A DNA stretch of 64,000 nucleotides from Eledone cirrhosa (GCA_964016885.1 OZ024760.1:15066001-15130000), one strand, 5' to 3'; shown: positions 13,075 to 26,592, counted from the first letter of the stretch. Program-made: numbers and translations. The notes: generated from the letters alone by a model not told the origin.

Positions 13075-13515
13075 CACTTAATCCTCAAATGGTCATGGTG
13101 GCAGTCCTCAAACACTCCTTCCAGTGGTGTTCTGTCAGAAGCAACTGTCTCCAATTGATCTGGCTGGATCCTCAAATGAGACCAGCCAAGCTCATGGATG
13201 TTATCCAGCCATCTTGCTTGGGTTGTACCCCTGGGGTCTCCTGTCGGTTAGTTTTGCCCATAAAATCTGTCCAGTGATTCTTTCCTGAAACATTCCAAGC
13301 ACATGCCCATAGTATCAGAGCTGTGATTTCTCAATACAGAGAAGTAGCAGCTCTACCTGGAGTGACTCTTTCATCTCCAAGCTACACACTATCTAGTAAC
13401 GTTACTCCAAAGACCCTTTGGAGGAACCCCATTTTGGCCGCTTGTAATCGTGATTGTATTCTTTCGGTCATTACTTAAGTTTCATGACCATAGGTAAGGA
13501 TTGGGATGAATACCA
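13075..13515 (-). mobile_element. Degenerate RTE-clade LINE 3' fragment (Expander-like); related inverted piece at 45243-45530
   Basis: Minus-strand translation IPILTYGHET*VMTERIQSRLQAAKMGFLQRVFGVTLLD...LLLCIEKSQL*YYGHVLGM; ends at a (GAA)n tail. Confidence 0.85.
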
Positions 13516-14139
13516 AATGTTATATCCACCAAATATTTTATCTAGTCCATGTACATGTACACTTTTATTATGACTCACACTGTGTTAGTGCTGTTGATAA
13601 TTCATGGTCTTTGTACTAAGAATCACACTATCATACACTAGTTATGGGATCATTTATCTTTCCTTCCTTTATCATTCATCATCATCATCACCGTTTTACG
13701 TCCATTCTTCCACGCTAGCATGTGTTAGATGGGTTGTCCTGTTGTGGGCAATGCCAGGTCGGGTGACCTTGTCTTGCTCATACGGGAACTTAGTTTGGCT
13801 TGATTTCTACAGCTGGATGCCTTTCCTAACACCAACCTCAGTTACAGTGAGTACTGGATGCTTTTTTTCCGTGGAACCTACACGACCACTTTGCAGTGGG
13901 AGGGGATGGGGGCATATGTCTATATGCTTGGGCTTGTACCCGTGGGAAATCGGGTCTTCTGTATTACTGCATAACGCCAAAGGTCATGGTGCTGTGTCAT
14001 TGCCTTTGAGAGGTGCAATTGGGCAAGGTCAGTTTTTATCACCTCATCCCTTATCATATTTCTAATGAAAGACTCTGCCTATGATTTGAAAATAGTTTTG
14101 AAATTCAGCAGGATTTAGTACTATATATGTTATCATTAT

Positions 14140-14490
14140 AGCAGCAAATTGGCAGAATCGTTAGGACATCAGATAGAATGCTTTATAGTATTCATTTTGA
14201 CTCTGCTTTCTGAGGTCAAACCTTGCCGAGGTCAACTTTGCCTTTCATCCATTCAAGGTCGATAAAAAAAAAAGTACCAGTCTAGTACTGGTCTCGACTT
14301 TTCCTCTATATATGTGTTTCTCACTTCATTTCTCTCACTCTCTCCTTCTCTGGAAGAAATCTACTGTATTCAGACCTGGAGAGGAGATGGGTTCTGCCAG
14401 GTTTTAAAAATGCCCTAGAAATGCTGTATATCAATATGGCACCCCTACGACTCCCTCGGAAGTTACAGGTCCAAACCATATCATACCATG
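14140..14490 (+). mobile_element. tRNA-head SINE with Deu/Nin-like core plus an extra ~200-bp 3' module ending in (ACCAT)n; copies 36805-37130(+), 57115-57445(-)
   Basis: 'gttcaaatcccgccgaggtcaactttgcctttcatcc...gtcgataaaataaagtaccagt' is followed in three places by 'tctggaagaaatct...cagacctggagaggag...ctacgact'. Confidence 0.7.
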
Positions 14491-14941
14491 TTATCATTAA
14501 GGTTACAAAAAGGGTGGTGGATAGTCTGAGTTCAAATCACACCAAGGATAGCTGTGACTTTCATCCCTACAGGGGGTCGATAAATAATGCACTAGGGCCG
14601 ATTTAATCGATTTCCTCTCCCTTTGAAATTGCTGCCCTTGTGCCTAAAGTAAAAACCATTATTATGGTTACAAAAAGGGTGGTGGGTGTTCTGAGTTCAA
14701 TCAGGCCGAAGGTAGCTTTGCTTTTTGTCCTTATGGGGGTCGATAGAATAAAGTACCAGTAACAAACTGGGTCGATTGAATACATAAATACATATATATG
14801 TATGCATGCATACATATATATATATATACATGCATACATATATATATATGCATACATATATATATATATATGTATACATACATACATATATATATACATA
14901 CATACATATATATATATATGTATACATACATACATATATGT

Positions 14942-14973
<32 letters not shown>

Positions 14974-16478
14974 GCATGCATACATATATATATATATGCA
15001 TACATACATATATATATATATATATGTATACATATATATATATGCATACATACATATATATATATATATGTATACATACATATATATATATATATATACA
15101 TGCATACATATACATATATATATATATATGTATACATATATATATGTATACATATATATATGGATACATATATATATGTATACATACATACATATATGTA
15201 TACATACATACATATATGTATACATACATACATATATGTATACATACATACATATATGTATACATACATACATATATGTATACATACATACACATATGTA
15301 TACATACATACACATATGTATGCATACATACATATATATGTATACATACTTATATATGTATACATACATATGTGTATATATACACACGTGTGTATATATA
15401 TATATCCCACCCTTGCAAGCAGTAAAATGATGATGATGATGATGTATATATATATTTTTGGTAAATATCATCTTGGTTAAGAGAGTGGGACTGGCTTTGT
15501 GCAGTGCCTTTGCTCACTATAAAAGCTTCACAGCACAGGCATTGCTTTATATCTGGAGATCTCTCTGCACTTGTCCTCACATGGTACCATGGGCCCAGCA
15601 CTATGTGTCAGTAATTGTCACAAGTGTAGTGTTTGTACCAGTTTTCAAGTCGCTGGCTGGACTAAAACAGTCACATTCGTTCAGCGTATCGGTAGGGGTT
15701 CTCCTACATGGGTATAAAGTAGTGGCCGTACTCGAAAACGAGTTGGCAGCCACCATATATATATATATATAATTTTTATCAACATGGACGTAATTCAGAC
15801 TTTCTAAAGTGTATATCTGCAAAATTTCGTTTAAAAATATACCTTATTAAGAAAGTTATGAGGAAACAAAAATTGGGGCGGGACACTGCCCCTGAAATTG
15901 TTTGTTGATAAGACGATAACATTTCTATTTCATCATGCAGGACTCCATTTCAATGGGCTTTCTTTTACATATGTTGGTTGGTGGGCGATGGATATATATA
16001 TTTTTTACTTTTTGTACTTTAATTTAGTGCTAAGGCTTGCGGGTTTATCTCCCCTTGTTATGGTCGCACTCTCCTGTTAGATTCTCCGAAGAAAACCACT
16101 AATTGCACATGTGAACGAATGTACAACAAAAATACTTCCGGTTTGAATGTGATGGTGTGTATGTATATATATATGTATAATGTGTGTGTGTGTGTATATA
16201 TATATATGTGTGTTTTTGTATGTTTCGTATCAGTGATAATTATTCTAGCTATAGAAAACATTTTTAATCGTTCAGATTCATGTATGTACACACACAAAGA
16301 TATACGTGTGTGAATATGTATATATATATATATATATAACTGTGTGTGGTTCGTATCATCGATAATGATTTTCGCTATGGGATATTTTTTTAATCGGACG
16401 AAACATGCATTTTTAAAAGCAGTGAATCGAACAAATTAAGAAAAGAAAATTGAAACGAGGCCCATTATTAGTGATACA

Positions 16479-16521
<43 letters not shown>

Positions 16522-16715
16522 TAAAATAACAGATTAAAGTTTAAGCAAAGAATCGCTGCTTTCACCCTTAACGGGATCTTCTGAAAATAGTAATATTATT
16601 ATTACTATATATATATATATTGCGAAACTCCAAAGTAACAAGTCTCACAATCTTGCTTTAATAAAATATTTCGATAGAGTACTCTTTTCTCTCGGCCGTC
16701 AATTAATTACCACAT

Positions 16716-16766
<51 letters not shown>

Positions 16767-16781
16767 TGACTTCGTTCCAGT

Positions 16782-16814
<33 letters not shown>

Positions 16815-16815
<1 letters not shown>

Positions 16816-16990
16816 GGAAAAATTTGAACAGGAACAAAACAGAGAGGCAGTACAACGAATGTTTATTAATTTCACGCTCTGGAGAGTGGGGAACGACGTT
16901 TCGGGCATAAGCCCTTCCTCAGGTGAGAAGTGTGTGGGAACAGAGTTCAAAGGGTGTGTAGGGGAGTGGTGGAGAGATATATAGCGAAAG
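16815..16990 (-). mobile_element. Penelope-like pLTR fragment with hammerhead core (16885-16930)
   Basis: Reverse complement CUGAGGA-a-GGGC uuau GCCC-GAAA-CGUCGUU with AATAAA downstream. Abuts (TA)n. Stem I is not evident. Confidence 0.6.
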
Positions 16991-17071
16991 GAAACGGTGC
17001 GAATGAAATTAAAAATAAAAATAACGCATGATCAAAATAAAAGGAATGAAATTAAAATAAATATAAAAGCA

Positions 17072-17107
<36 letters not shown>

Positions 17108-17235
17108 ACACTGAAACGAAATCATCGGATATGACCGAAAAATCTTCGATCGTATTCTCTCCTCGCTCGTTGTTTTAATTAAGCTAGTATCCTTAAGATA
17201 CCAACCCATATATATACACACATACACACGTAAGT

Positions 17236-17269
<34 letters not shown>

Positions 17270-17716
17270 ACGCACACGCACACGCACACGCACACGCCTA
17301 TATGTGTGTCCCGGGTTGGTACAATCGGGGGTAACCACAGTAAGTTGCAGAATATATATATATATTTTGCAACTCGGATCCGGTTTACAATTGTAACCGT
17401 TTTCGATTCAGTCGTGTCATCCTTGTTAATGTGAAAATATCTCTTCTACTCCCCCCCCCCCTCTTCATATTGCTACATAATAAACAAATATTTTATTCAC
17501 ACTTGTATAAATAACATTACAAATTGTTTGCAATTCTTTAAGAATGAAAATATTAACAGAGCATATGAATAAATTTACAGTAGAATAACATTATAAATAG
17601 CTTGCGATTCTCCCAGAAAGATACATTCTTTTAATGTTACAGTATTAAAGAAAATGCTAAGAGAAAGGGTGAACAACGGAGCCAAAGGCAGCAGCTAGGG
17701 GTACTGGGCAACCTCT

Positions 17717-17842
17717 CTAATGATTTTTGAGGCAAGCTAGCACACTCGTAGCATTGCCTCGGGTGATGGCGAGGCTAATGCACTGGAACAACCAAGCACC
17801 CTCGCGAGATTCGCCAGCTACCTCTATTAGACGAGCCACCAG
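17717..17842 (-). mobile_element. CRE-like non-LTR retrotransposon, C-terminus of the restriction-like endonuclease region
   Basis: LVARLIEVAGESREGAWLFQCISLAITRGNATSVLACLKNH* matches the RE..WLFQRLS.AI.RGNA motif. Confidence 0.75.
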
Positions 17843-17947
17843 ATATATTCTCCTGGTTTTATTTCATATGCTTGCATATCAGAAACTCTTAATTTCCTGA
17901 AGCATAATCAAAATAATAGTTGAGATTTTGTATATTTACATGTACAC

Positions 17948-18010
<63 letters not shown>

Positions 18011-18404
18011 TGCAGATATGTATGTATATATATACACACACACACACTATTAGATATATTTATATGTATGTATGAATATATATATATATACACACACACA
18101 TACATATTAGACATACTTATATGTATATATATGTGTGTGTATATATAGCGCCTTGCATTCATCTACAGTGGCTCAATGACCCTTGTGCCAGTAATTCCTA
18201 GAGTAAAAGGCCCAGCATACACACACATACACATACACACACCCACACACCCCCACAGACTACTTGGCCTGTTTCAGCGACCAGTATCAGCACCTATAAA
18301 TAACTACCACTATTATTTGAAGAAGGAAACAGCCACCAACTGTTACTTATTGATAGTCCAAGATGCTCTATCAGTGTAGACTTACCAAAAGTACTTCAGT
18401 GAAG

Positions 18405-18740
18405 CTAGGTGGCCTAGTGGTTAGTGTAATGGACTCAGGATAATAAGGTTTGGGTTCGATTCCTGAACCAGGCAGGACTTTCTTGAACAAGATACTTCAC
18501 TTCATGATCATTAGGTGGAGGTGTATGGCCTCAAGGTTAGTGTGTTAGACTCAGGATAATATGGTTGGGGGTTCTGTAACCAAAAGTATTACAGTAAAGC
18601 AAGGTGGCCTAGTGGTAAAGGTGTTGGATTTACGATCATAATGTAGTGGGTTCGACTCCTGGGCTGGGTTGCATGTTGTGTTCTTGAGCAAAACACTTCA
18701 CTTCACATTGTTTCAGTATACTCAGCTGAAAATGAGTACC
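18405..18740 (+). mobile_element. Three tandem tRNA-derived SINE heads
   Basis: A-box-like TGGCCTAGTGG at about 18410, 18527 (variant) and 18605; B-box-like GGTTCGA(T/C)TCC in the first and third. Confidence 0.65.
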
Positions 18741-19901
18741 GGCCATATCTAGCCAGAATACTTTCACCTCTTTCTGTTCAAACCAGCTATAACTGGCTGC
18801 TAATACTGATGTTAAGGTATTGTTCTCAACATAAATAACATCAAAATTTCATAGATTTGATATTATGAGATAATTAAGTAAGATAAAGCCTTTATCATAA
18901 AAATATAATAGTATATATAATGTAAAATGTTAAAGGGTTAACCTGTGATGGTGCAACCTTATAAGAGGCCAGTTAAACTTACTTAGATAGGCGGGAGCTG
19001 TAAACTGGGAAAACTGGGGCCTCTATAATTAAAACCCACGAGAAGTCCCATATAAGAAAAAACCATGTAAGAGATGTTAGCTGCAATAACACACGTGTGT
19101 GTGTGTGTGTGTGATAAAATTGGGCACCCGATCATTAAAATACCCCCCAAACTGGCTACAATATGCAACCTCATAGGAGGCCAGTTAACTCTGCATAGCT
19201 GTGAGCTGTAACACATACACGTGTGTGTGTGTGATAAAATTGGGGCTCCTATCATTAAAACACTTAAGAAACCTCCTATGGTGCAACCTTGTGAGAGGCC
19301 AACTAAACCTGAATAGGTGTGAGCTATACATTTCATTTGTAATATGGTTGTATTGGCGACACAACAAAAAGTGCTCAGCCCACATTGTAAAGTAGTTGTG
19401 ACAAAAAGCACCCAGCACACACTGTAAATGTGGTTGGCCTTAGGAAAGGCATCCAACTGTAGAAACCAAACCAAAATCTGATCTCTCACAAAGGGACAGC
19501 CTGTCCTACCCATGCTAGCGTGGAAAATGAACATTAAACGGTGATGATGATGATTTCATTCAAAAATACTACTATAATGTACACTAGGTTACTAAAAACA
19601 CTATATTACTGTAATGTACTTCTGTAGTTTATAGGTCACCAATATTACTAATGCATTGATAGTCACAAACTATTATTGTAGTCTATATGTTAACAAAAAT
19701 ATTTCTATATTCGATATGATATCACTGTATACAGTGTTTAAGATGTAGGTGTGTTAATGTGTGATGTGTGGTAAATAAATATATACACATACATGAGATC
19801 CGAACACAATAGAAACAAACCCCCACTGTCACTGCCTCCGTCCCTCCTGCTCTCCCCATCTCTCACTGTTAAGAGCAAATGGAGGCCCACGTGTTGGCTG
19901 C

Positions 19902-20066
19902 CTAGGCAGACAGAATAGAGAAGGCGTTTCCCCAGAGGATGGTGTGAGAGACGTGTTGGAAGAACCATTCCAGTTCCTGAGGTTTACACCTGCAGGTAGC
20001 CAACTCTGTGCCGATGGTGGTGAGCAGGGAAGTGGTCCCAGGGCCAAGAATGCCAGAGGTCTCAAA
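19902..20066 (-). mobile_element. CRE-like non-LTR retrotransposon, endonuclease C-terminus (second family)
   Basis: FETSGILGPGTTSLLTTIGTELATCRCKPQELEWFFQHVSHTILWGNAFSILSA*. Confidence 0.8.
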
Positions 20067-20740
20067 AGTACTGTTCTATTGATAGTCTCAAAAACTATAT
20101 TAGTATATTCTATTATATAGTACTACTATATAACATGATTGTGGGCAAAGTTCAATGTGTCTATACCTATGTATATATTTGATATGTGTGTAAACCTATG
20201 TATATATTTGTGTATATGTGTGTTCATATGTATATATTTGTGTATGTTTGTATATATGTATGTATGTATAAGAGCCAGAAAGTCTTGGGACGAGGTGATA
20301 AAAGCTCACCTTGCACACTTGTACCTCTCTAAGACAATGACACAGGATCGAGATCTTAGACACTATGCAGTAATACAGAAGACTCGCCTTCCCTTGTGCA
20401 TGGACTTAAACTTACCCTCAGCAGGCACCTCTTAATCCAATATAGGCCCCCACGCACCCCTACTCCTTCCGCCCACACCTCCTTTACTCTGTAAAGTTAT
20501 GTTGGTACCACAAATCACCGAGCCCACACTGTAAATGTGGTTAGCGTGAGGAAGGGCATCCAGCCGTAGAAAACTAGCCAGAAACAGTCCTATATGAGCA
20601 AGACACGGTCACCCGACCCAACTTAACTCTAATGGGACAAACCAGTCTAACCCATGCTAGCATGGAAGATAGACATTAAACGATGATGATCATATATATA
20701 TATATAGGGAAAAGCATGATGATATATATATATATTATGA

Positions 20741-20776
<36 letters not shown>

Positions 20777-20808
20777 AAAAGCATGATGATATATATATAT
20801 ATATATAT

Positions 20809-21060
20809 ATATTAATAAAAGGAATTCCAACTTTGTCTGATTTACTCATTTTATTTACAATCCTTTAAAATTTATAATGGTATTATAATGAAATAGTATG
20901 ATAGAATATTAAATGTTAAGTGTTAATTGAACACTTAACTATCATACTATTTCATTATAATACCATTATAAATTTTAAAGGATTGTAAATAAAACGAGTA
21001 AATCAGACAAAGTTAGAATTCCTTTTATTAATATAATCTTCTATACACCCGTGTATTTTT
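20809..21060. repeat. AT-rich foldback (~115-bp arms) next to (TA)n; no hammerhead core recognised
   Basis: About 20810-20903 is the reverse complement of about 20940-21032, with a further inner hairpin gttaagtgtt/aacacttaac. Confidence 0.85.
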
Positions 21061-21280
21061 ATCTATCTCTCTCTCTCTATATATATATACGCACACACGT
21101 ATATGTGTTTGTATATCATATTGTTTTCTGTCCATTTTCCATGCTGGCATGGGTTGGACAGGTTATCATTCTCTGAGACTAGACAGGTCAAATGACTTTG
21201 GCCTTCTATTTGTATGTTTGTGTTTGTATGTGTATATATATATACACACACAGACACACACATATTTGTATGTATATATT

Positions 21281-21314
<34 letters not shown>

Positions 21315-22042
21315 TATATATATATATAGTGTTCTAATTGCTGCAATAAAGTATATGGTGCCAAAAAGTCTATGTTAATGAATTATTTATTTAGAGTGGT
21401 GCTATTGATAGTCATAGTAGTAGTGGTGGGGGTGATGGTGTTGATGTGGTAGTGGTGGTAGTGCAGATGATGTTGATGGTTGTAGTGGTGTTGGTCGGGT
21501 GGTAGTGGTGGTGTAGGAGATTGTGATGGTTGATGTGTTATTGATGCGGTGGTGGTGATGTTCACTTGTGGTGGTCATGTTGGAGTTGGTAGGGTTTGTG
21601 GTGGAGGTGGTGATAATTTGAGCTGTGTGTGTCTGTGCATGTCTGTCTTTTGTCTCCAATACCTTTTTTTTTTTTACATGACTTTATATGGATCTTCTTG
21701 CTGTTGTTTAGCCCAGGTCAATCCTCATTGAGCTGAACTATGATCAAATGCATTCCATCACTGACGATCCCTTTTGGTCTTTTTAGGGTTAATCTAAAAC
21801 CTCATTATTTTTCCCCCTTTTTTATATGACAGTAGAGGTCTAACTGGGGGATTTGGCTGTTTTTTCTAGCAGATCAAGGCACCACACAGTGCAGAGATCA
21901 ATTTCATTTCTTAATGACCCACTTTTGTTTTGTTTTTTAGATTTGTTCATGGCCCACTTGTATATCATGTGTCGTTTCTTACATATAAACATTTGCAAAC
22001 GTCTGAGGTCCACAGAAAACAAAGTAACAGTTCGCATCTATA

Positions 22043-22418
22043 CAAGTTCACAATCTCTTATCTGAAAACCTTAGGGCCAGATGCTTTTTGGATTTTGGAA
22101 TGGAAGACTTTTAGCATAGATTTCTCACTGTTTACCAAAAGGGGAACCTGCAGCTCTTTTTGACATTTTCACAGTCTTGAAAGTAAAAACAAAAATCTGC
22201 AAAACATAAACAAAATCTCTGTGAGCAGCAGAGGTGATGTGCGAATGACTGGTAGAAGCACTGAGACACAACTGTATGACCTGGGTTGACTGTGGGTCAT
22301 TTCAGGTCAAGTTTGGTGCCAAACGCGAGCTTTTGTGTGCAGACAACATCCTGGAAAAAATGTTTGGTTTTCGGAGTTTTTCGGTTTTGGGAATTTCAGA
22401 TAAAAGATTGTGAACCTG
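22043..22418. mobile_element. Tigger/pogo-type MITE with TA target duplication
   Basis: TA-CAAGTTCACAATCTCTTATCTGAAA ... TTTCAGATAAAAGATTGTGAACCTG-TA. Confidence 0.85.
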
Positions 22419-22441
22419 TATAATTTTATATCTGACATTGT

Positions 22442-22890
22442 GAAGGCACATGGCTTAGTGGTTAGAGCATTGAGCTTGCAATTGTGAGGTTGTGAGTTTG
22501 ATTCTCGGACCAGGTGATGTGTTGTCCTTCAGCAAGACACTTTATTTCACATTGCTCCAGTTAACTGAGCTGTAGAAATAAGTTTACCTTGTCACTGGTG
22601 CCAAGCTGTATCAGCCTTTGCTTTTCCTTTGGACATCATATATAGTATGTATATAGTGTATATATAATCTATATACAGTGTGTATATGTGTTATGAGGTC
22701 ACTGGTGCCAAGTTGTATCGGCCTTTGCCTTTTCCTTGGACAACATTAGTGGCATGGAGAGGAGAAACTGGTATGCCTGGGTGACTGTTGGTCTTCCACA
22801 AACAACCTTGCCCAGACATGCGTCCTGCCTCAGGGGAACTTTCTAGGTGCAAATCCAATGGTCATTCTTAACCAAAGGGGTCTTTTTACT
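22442..22890 (+). mobile_element. tRNA-derived SINE with internal duplication
   Basis: A box TGGCTTAGTGG, B-box-like GAGTTTGATTC, 'gtcct(t)..agcaagacactttatttcac' core; 'gtcactggtgccaag' is duplicated. Confidence 0.75.
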
Positions 22891-23034
22891 GTTACATCTG
22901 AGACCCACAGAGAACACCTCAATGATCCTCATGTATATTATATCATATCAAAAATCCAGGGCCTTCTCACTCCTGTTGGCGGAACCCCTCCCTGGTTGAC
23001 CTCCATCACTTCATATCTCTGTCCATATTGGACC

Positions 23035-23250
23035 AAGGTATCTGATCTTTGACAGCCCTCTGGTTCTTCTCTACTGCCTTGGTGCCCACTTCGTCACTCT
23101 AATAATCCAGCTGTTGTCTCTGAAATGAGAGACCTGGCCAGCCCATCTATGTCTGCTCTTCTTGGTGGTCTCAATAACGTCCTTCATGCTAGACTGCCAC
23201 TGACTCTAGGTGTTGCCCTTCCCGTCATGTAAGGTGATGCCGAGCTTGAT
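23035..23250 (-). mobile_element. Degenerate RTE-clade LINE fragment
   Basis: LGITLHDGKGNT*SQWQSSMKDVIETTKKSRHRWAGQVSHFRDNSWIIRVTKWAPR. Confidence 0.8.
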
Positions 23251-23562
23251 TTAACTCCATTTTAATATTGGGCCACTGCAAGAGTCTCTGCAGTTGTGGT
23301 GTTCAGTGCACACATCACACTTCCATATGTTATATATACATTTTAAAATGTCATTTACAGTGTGTGCTGGGTGCTTTTTGCCGTGCCTGTTACACTCTAC
23401 AGTGGGCTGGATGTTTTGTGGTACCGACACAACAGACATATATATATATCATGATAATGGTATATATATATTTGTGTGTATATACATATATCATCATCAC
23501 CTTCGTTCTACATCTATTCTCCACGCTAGCATGGGTTAGACGGGTATATATACATATATATA

Positions 23563-23799
23563 TAGTAATAATAATAAATGTGAAAACTAAAATCCGAAGA
23601 GGGCTCGATAAGGATAATCTATATATGTAAATATATAAAACCATAGAGCAAATAATTATTAAAATAACAGATTAAAGTTTAAGCAAAGAATTGCTGCTTT
23701 CACCCATAACAGGGTCTTCTGAAACTAAAAGAAGTTTAGTTTCAGAAGATCCCGTTAAGGGTGAAATCAGTGATTCTTTGCTTAAACTTTAATCTGTTA

Positions 23800-23806
<7 letters not shown>
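23563..23806. mobile_element. Foldback element (family D) with non-canonical hammerhead-like fold (CAGAAGA core); copies 16520-16590, 31939-32150, 48860-48910
   Basis: Arms 23658-23727/23737-23806. Consensus AGUUU-CAGAAGA-uCCC guuaa GGGu-GAAA-GCA..UGC-UU|AAACU. Confidence 0.6.
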
Positions 23807-23848
<42 letters not shown>

Positions 23849-23986
23849 TCAGCCACCTAGCTGCTTTCTACTGCATATTGCACATTGAGCACATGCCTTT
23901 ACGCTTTGGCTTCTAACTCACCAATCTCTCCTCTCATATCTCCTCTACTATCTCCATCTCTCTCTTTAAGATTGGTTACTCTTGAA

Positions 23987-24027
<41 letters not shown>

Positions 24028-24099
24028 AACAAATGTGTGTATATAATGTGTGTGTGTCTGTCTTTTTCTCTGTTCATGTCTGTCTCTTGTCTAACGTCT

Positions 24100-24240
24100 C
24101 CCTATATATGTCTAACTTCTTTAATTTCTCATTCTTTCTTCTGATCAAGGACTAGCGTCCTAAACGTTAAGACCAGACCCTCTTCCTGCTCCTTCCATGT
24201 ACTGTGTCATTTGTTTTGTTATTTCTGTTTACCTTTTACA
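24100..24240 (+). mobile_element. Degenerate pLTR-like element with decayed hammerhead; related 30740-30880 and tail 24785-24850
   Basis: ucuu-CUGAU(c)A-a-GGAC uagc GUCC-(u)AAA-CG-UU|aaga has two core substitutions; shared tail 'gttatttctgtttacctttta'. Confidence 0.5.
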
Positions 24241-24279
24241 CGCGCACACACACGTTTTATGTGTTAAGTATTTCTGTAG

Positions 24280-24512
24280 AAAAGGTAAAGGAAAGAAGAG
24301 TGCTCTATGTATAGTAGAGAGCTATTTAATTACATAATAAACAACATAATATAATTATTCTGTAAAGATCGTCTAGTTTCCTGAAACCTTTGGTAATGGA
24401 ATAATTATAATGTTGTTTATTATGTAATTAAATAGCTCTGTACAATACATAGAGCACTCTTCTTTCCTTTACCTTTTGGAATAATATGGTACTGTTTATT
24501 ATGTAATTAAAT
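24280..24512. repeat. Foldback with ~80-bp arms containing the GAGCACTC motif, next to (TA)n
   Basis: 24280-24360 is the reverse complement of about 24400-24477. Confidence 0.85.
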
Positions 24513-24922
24513 ATATATATATAAAAACAAATATGCACCAACAACAACACTTGCAGGTAGTACGTGTCTAGCTGCAAGTCTCAACTGCTCTCAAGAAATG
24601 GTGCCATTAGCTCTCTCTCTCTCTCTCTCTCTCTACTACAAATATCAGAAGCGGCAGCTATTTAACAGTTACTGTCTTGCACATGCACATATGCATCCAC
24701 TCAGGCATCTTCATACACCCCTCACACACACACACATCCCGATACCCTCACAGGAGGCTGTAACAACATACACACACACATATAGCGTTAGCCTAATAAT
24801 ATCCCTTCCATATACCGTACCAATTGTGTTGTTATTTCTGTTTACCTTTTACACACACACAGACACACACACACACACACACACACAGACACACACACAT
24901 ACACACACACATACACACACAG

Positions 24923-24953
<31 letters not shown>

Positions 24954-24965
24954 GACAGACAGACA

Positions 24966-25039
<74 letters not shown>

Positions 25040-25282
25040 TAGAAATGGCTTCTACAGGACTTGATCTGTTCTAGCCCTGTAGAAGCCATTTCTATATAAA
25101 AAATTGTTGTATACACTCTACTAATGTATTGAGTACCTGACTTACTGTGGTTACTCCTGATTGAATTCGACACACACACTATATATATATATATATATGT
25201 ATATATATGACTACCCAAGGAATATTCAACTGATAAGGTATGTTTTTCCTTGGCTATGTCAAAATTTATAAAACACTCTTTG

Positions 25283-25345
25283 TATTTTATCTGATGAAAG
25301 CGTACCAAAGTTTTTTGGTACCCTTGAAATATATATAATAGAATA
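25283..25345 (+). ncRNA. Type I hammerhead ribozyme (family A2), best-preserved copy
   Basis: UAUUUUAU-CUGAUGA(25291-25297)-AAGcGUACCAAA..UUUGGUACcCUU-GAAA-uauauaUA|AUAGAAUA. Confidence 0.85.
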
Positions 25346-25539
25346 AATATGGTTTTATAAATATAGTTTCCATTTATTTAATATCATTTTATATACGTAT
25401 ATATGTATTTATATCTGTACATATGTATATGTATGTATATATATTTATATCTGTATATATGCATTTATATCTGTACATATATATGTGTGTGTGTGTGTGT
25501 GTATATATATAATAGTTAAATTACTGTAAATGTGTTGAC

Positions 25540-26042
25540 TGTTGTTGTGATAGTGTAGGTGATGGTTGTGGTGGTAGTGTAGGTGGTGGGGGTGGTGGTT
25601 GTGATAGTGTAGGTGGTGGGGGTGGTGGTTGTGTAGGTGGTGGTTGTGATAGTGTAGGTGGTGGTGGTAGTGTAGGTGGTGGTTGTGATAGTGTAGGTAG
25701 TGGGGGTGGGGGTTGTGATAGTGTAGGTGATGGTTGTGGTGGTAGTGTAGGTGGTGGTTGTGGTGGTAGTGTAGGTGGTGGGGGTGGTGGTTGTGATAGT
25801 GTAGGTGGTGGGGGTGGTGGTTGTGTAGGTGGTGGTTGTGATAGTGTAGGTGGTGGTTGTGATAGTGTAGGTAGTGGGGGTGGGGGTTGTGATAGTGTAG
25901 GTGATGGTTGTGGTGGTAGTGTAGGTGGTGGTTGTGATAGTGTAGGTGGTGGGGGTGGGGGTTGTGATAGTGTAGGTGGTGGTTGTGGTGGTAGTGTAGG
26001 TGGTGGGGGTGGTGGTTATGATAGTGATGGTGGTGGTGGTGG
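25540..26042. repeat. GT-rich cryptic minisatellite (gtgatagtgtaggtggtg variants)
   Basis: Direct tandem repetition; gives the His/Thr-rich ORF artefacts. Confidence 0.95.
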
Positions 26043-26189
26043 ACAAAATATACATATTTCGGTGCATGATTTGCAGCATAACTACAACCACACCCACCAC
26101 CAACACAACAATACTGCGACCACGACAACAACATCACTAGCACGACAATGACACCACGGTACTACCACCAACACTGCAATGATATTGTA

Positions 26190-26592
26190 TGATATCAGTA
26201 TGTTTGTGTGTGGATATCAGTATGTTTGTGTGTGTGGATATCAGTGTGTGTGTGTGGATATCAGTATGTTTGTGTGTGGATATCAGTATGTTTGTGTGTG
26301 TGGATATCAGTATGTTTGTGTGTGTGTGGATATCAGTATGTTTGTGTGTGTGGATATCAGTATGTTTGTGTGAATGTGTGGATATCAGTATGTTTGTGTG
26401 TATGTGTGTGTGTGTGGATATCAGTATGTTTGTATGTGTATGTGTGGATATCGGTGTTTGTGTGAATGTGTGGATATCAGTATGTTTGTGTGTGTGTGTG
26501 GATATCAGTATGTTTGTGTGAATGTGTGGATATCAGTATGTTTGTGTGTCTGTATGTGTGTGTGGATATCAGTATGTTTGTGTGAATGTGTG
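26190..26592. repeat. Minisatellite GGATATCAGTATGTTT(GT)n
   Basis: About 15 units with a variable GT spacer. Confidence 0.95.
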
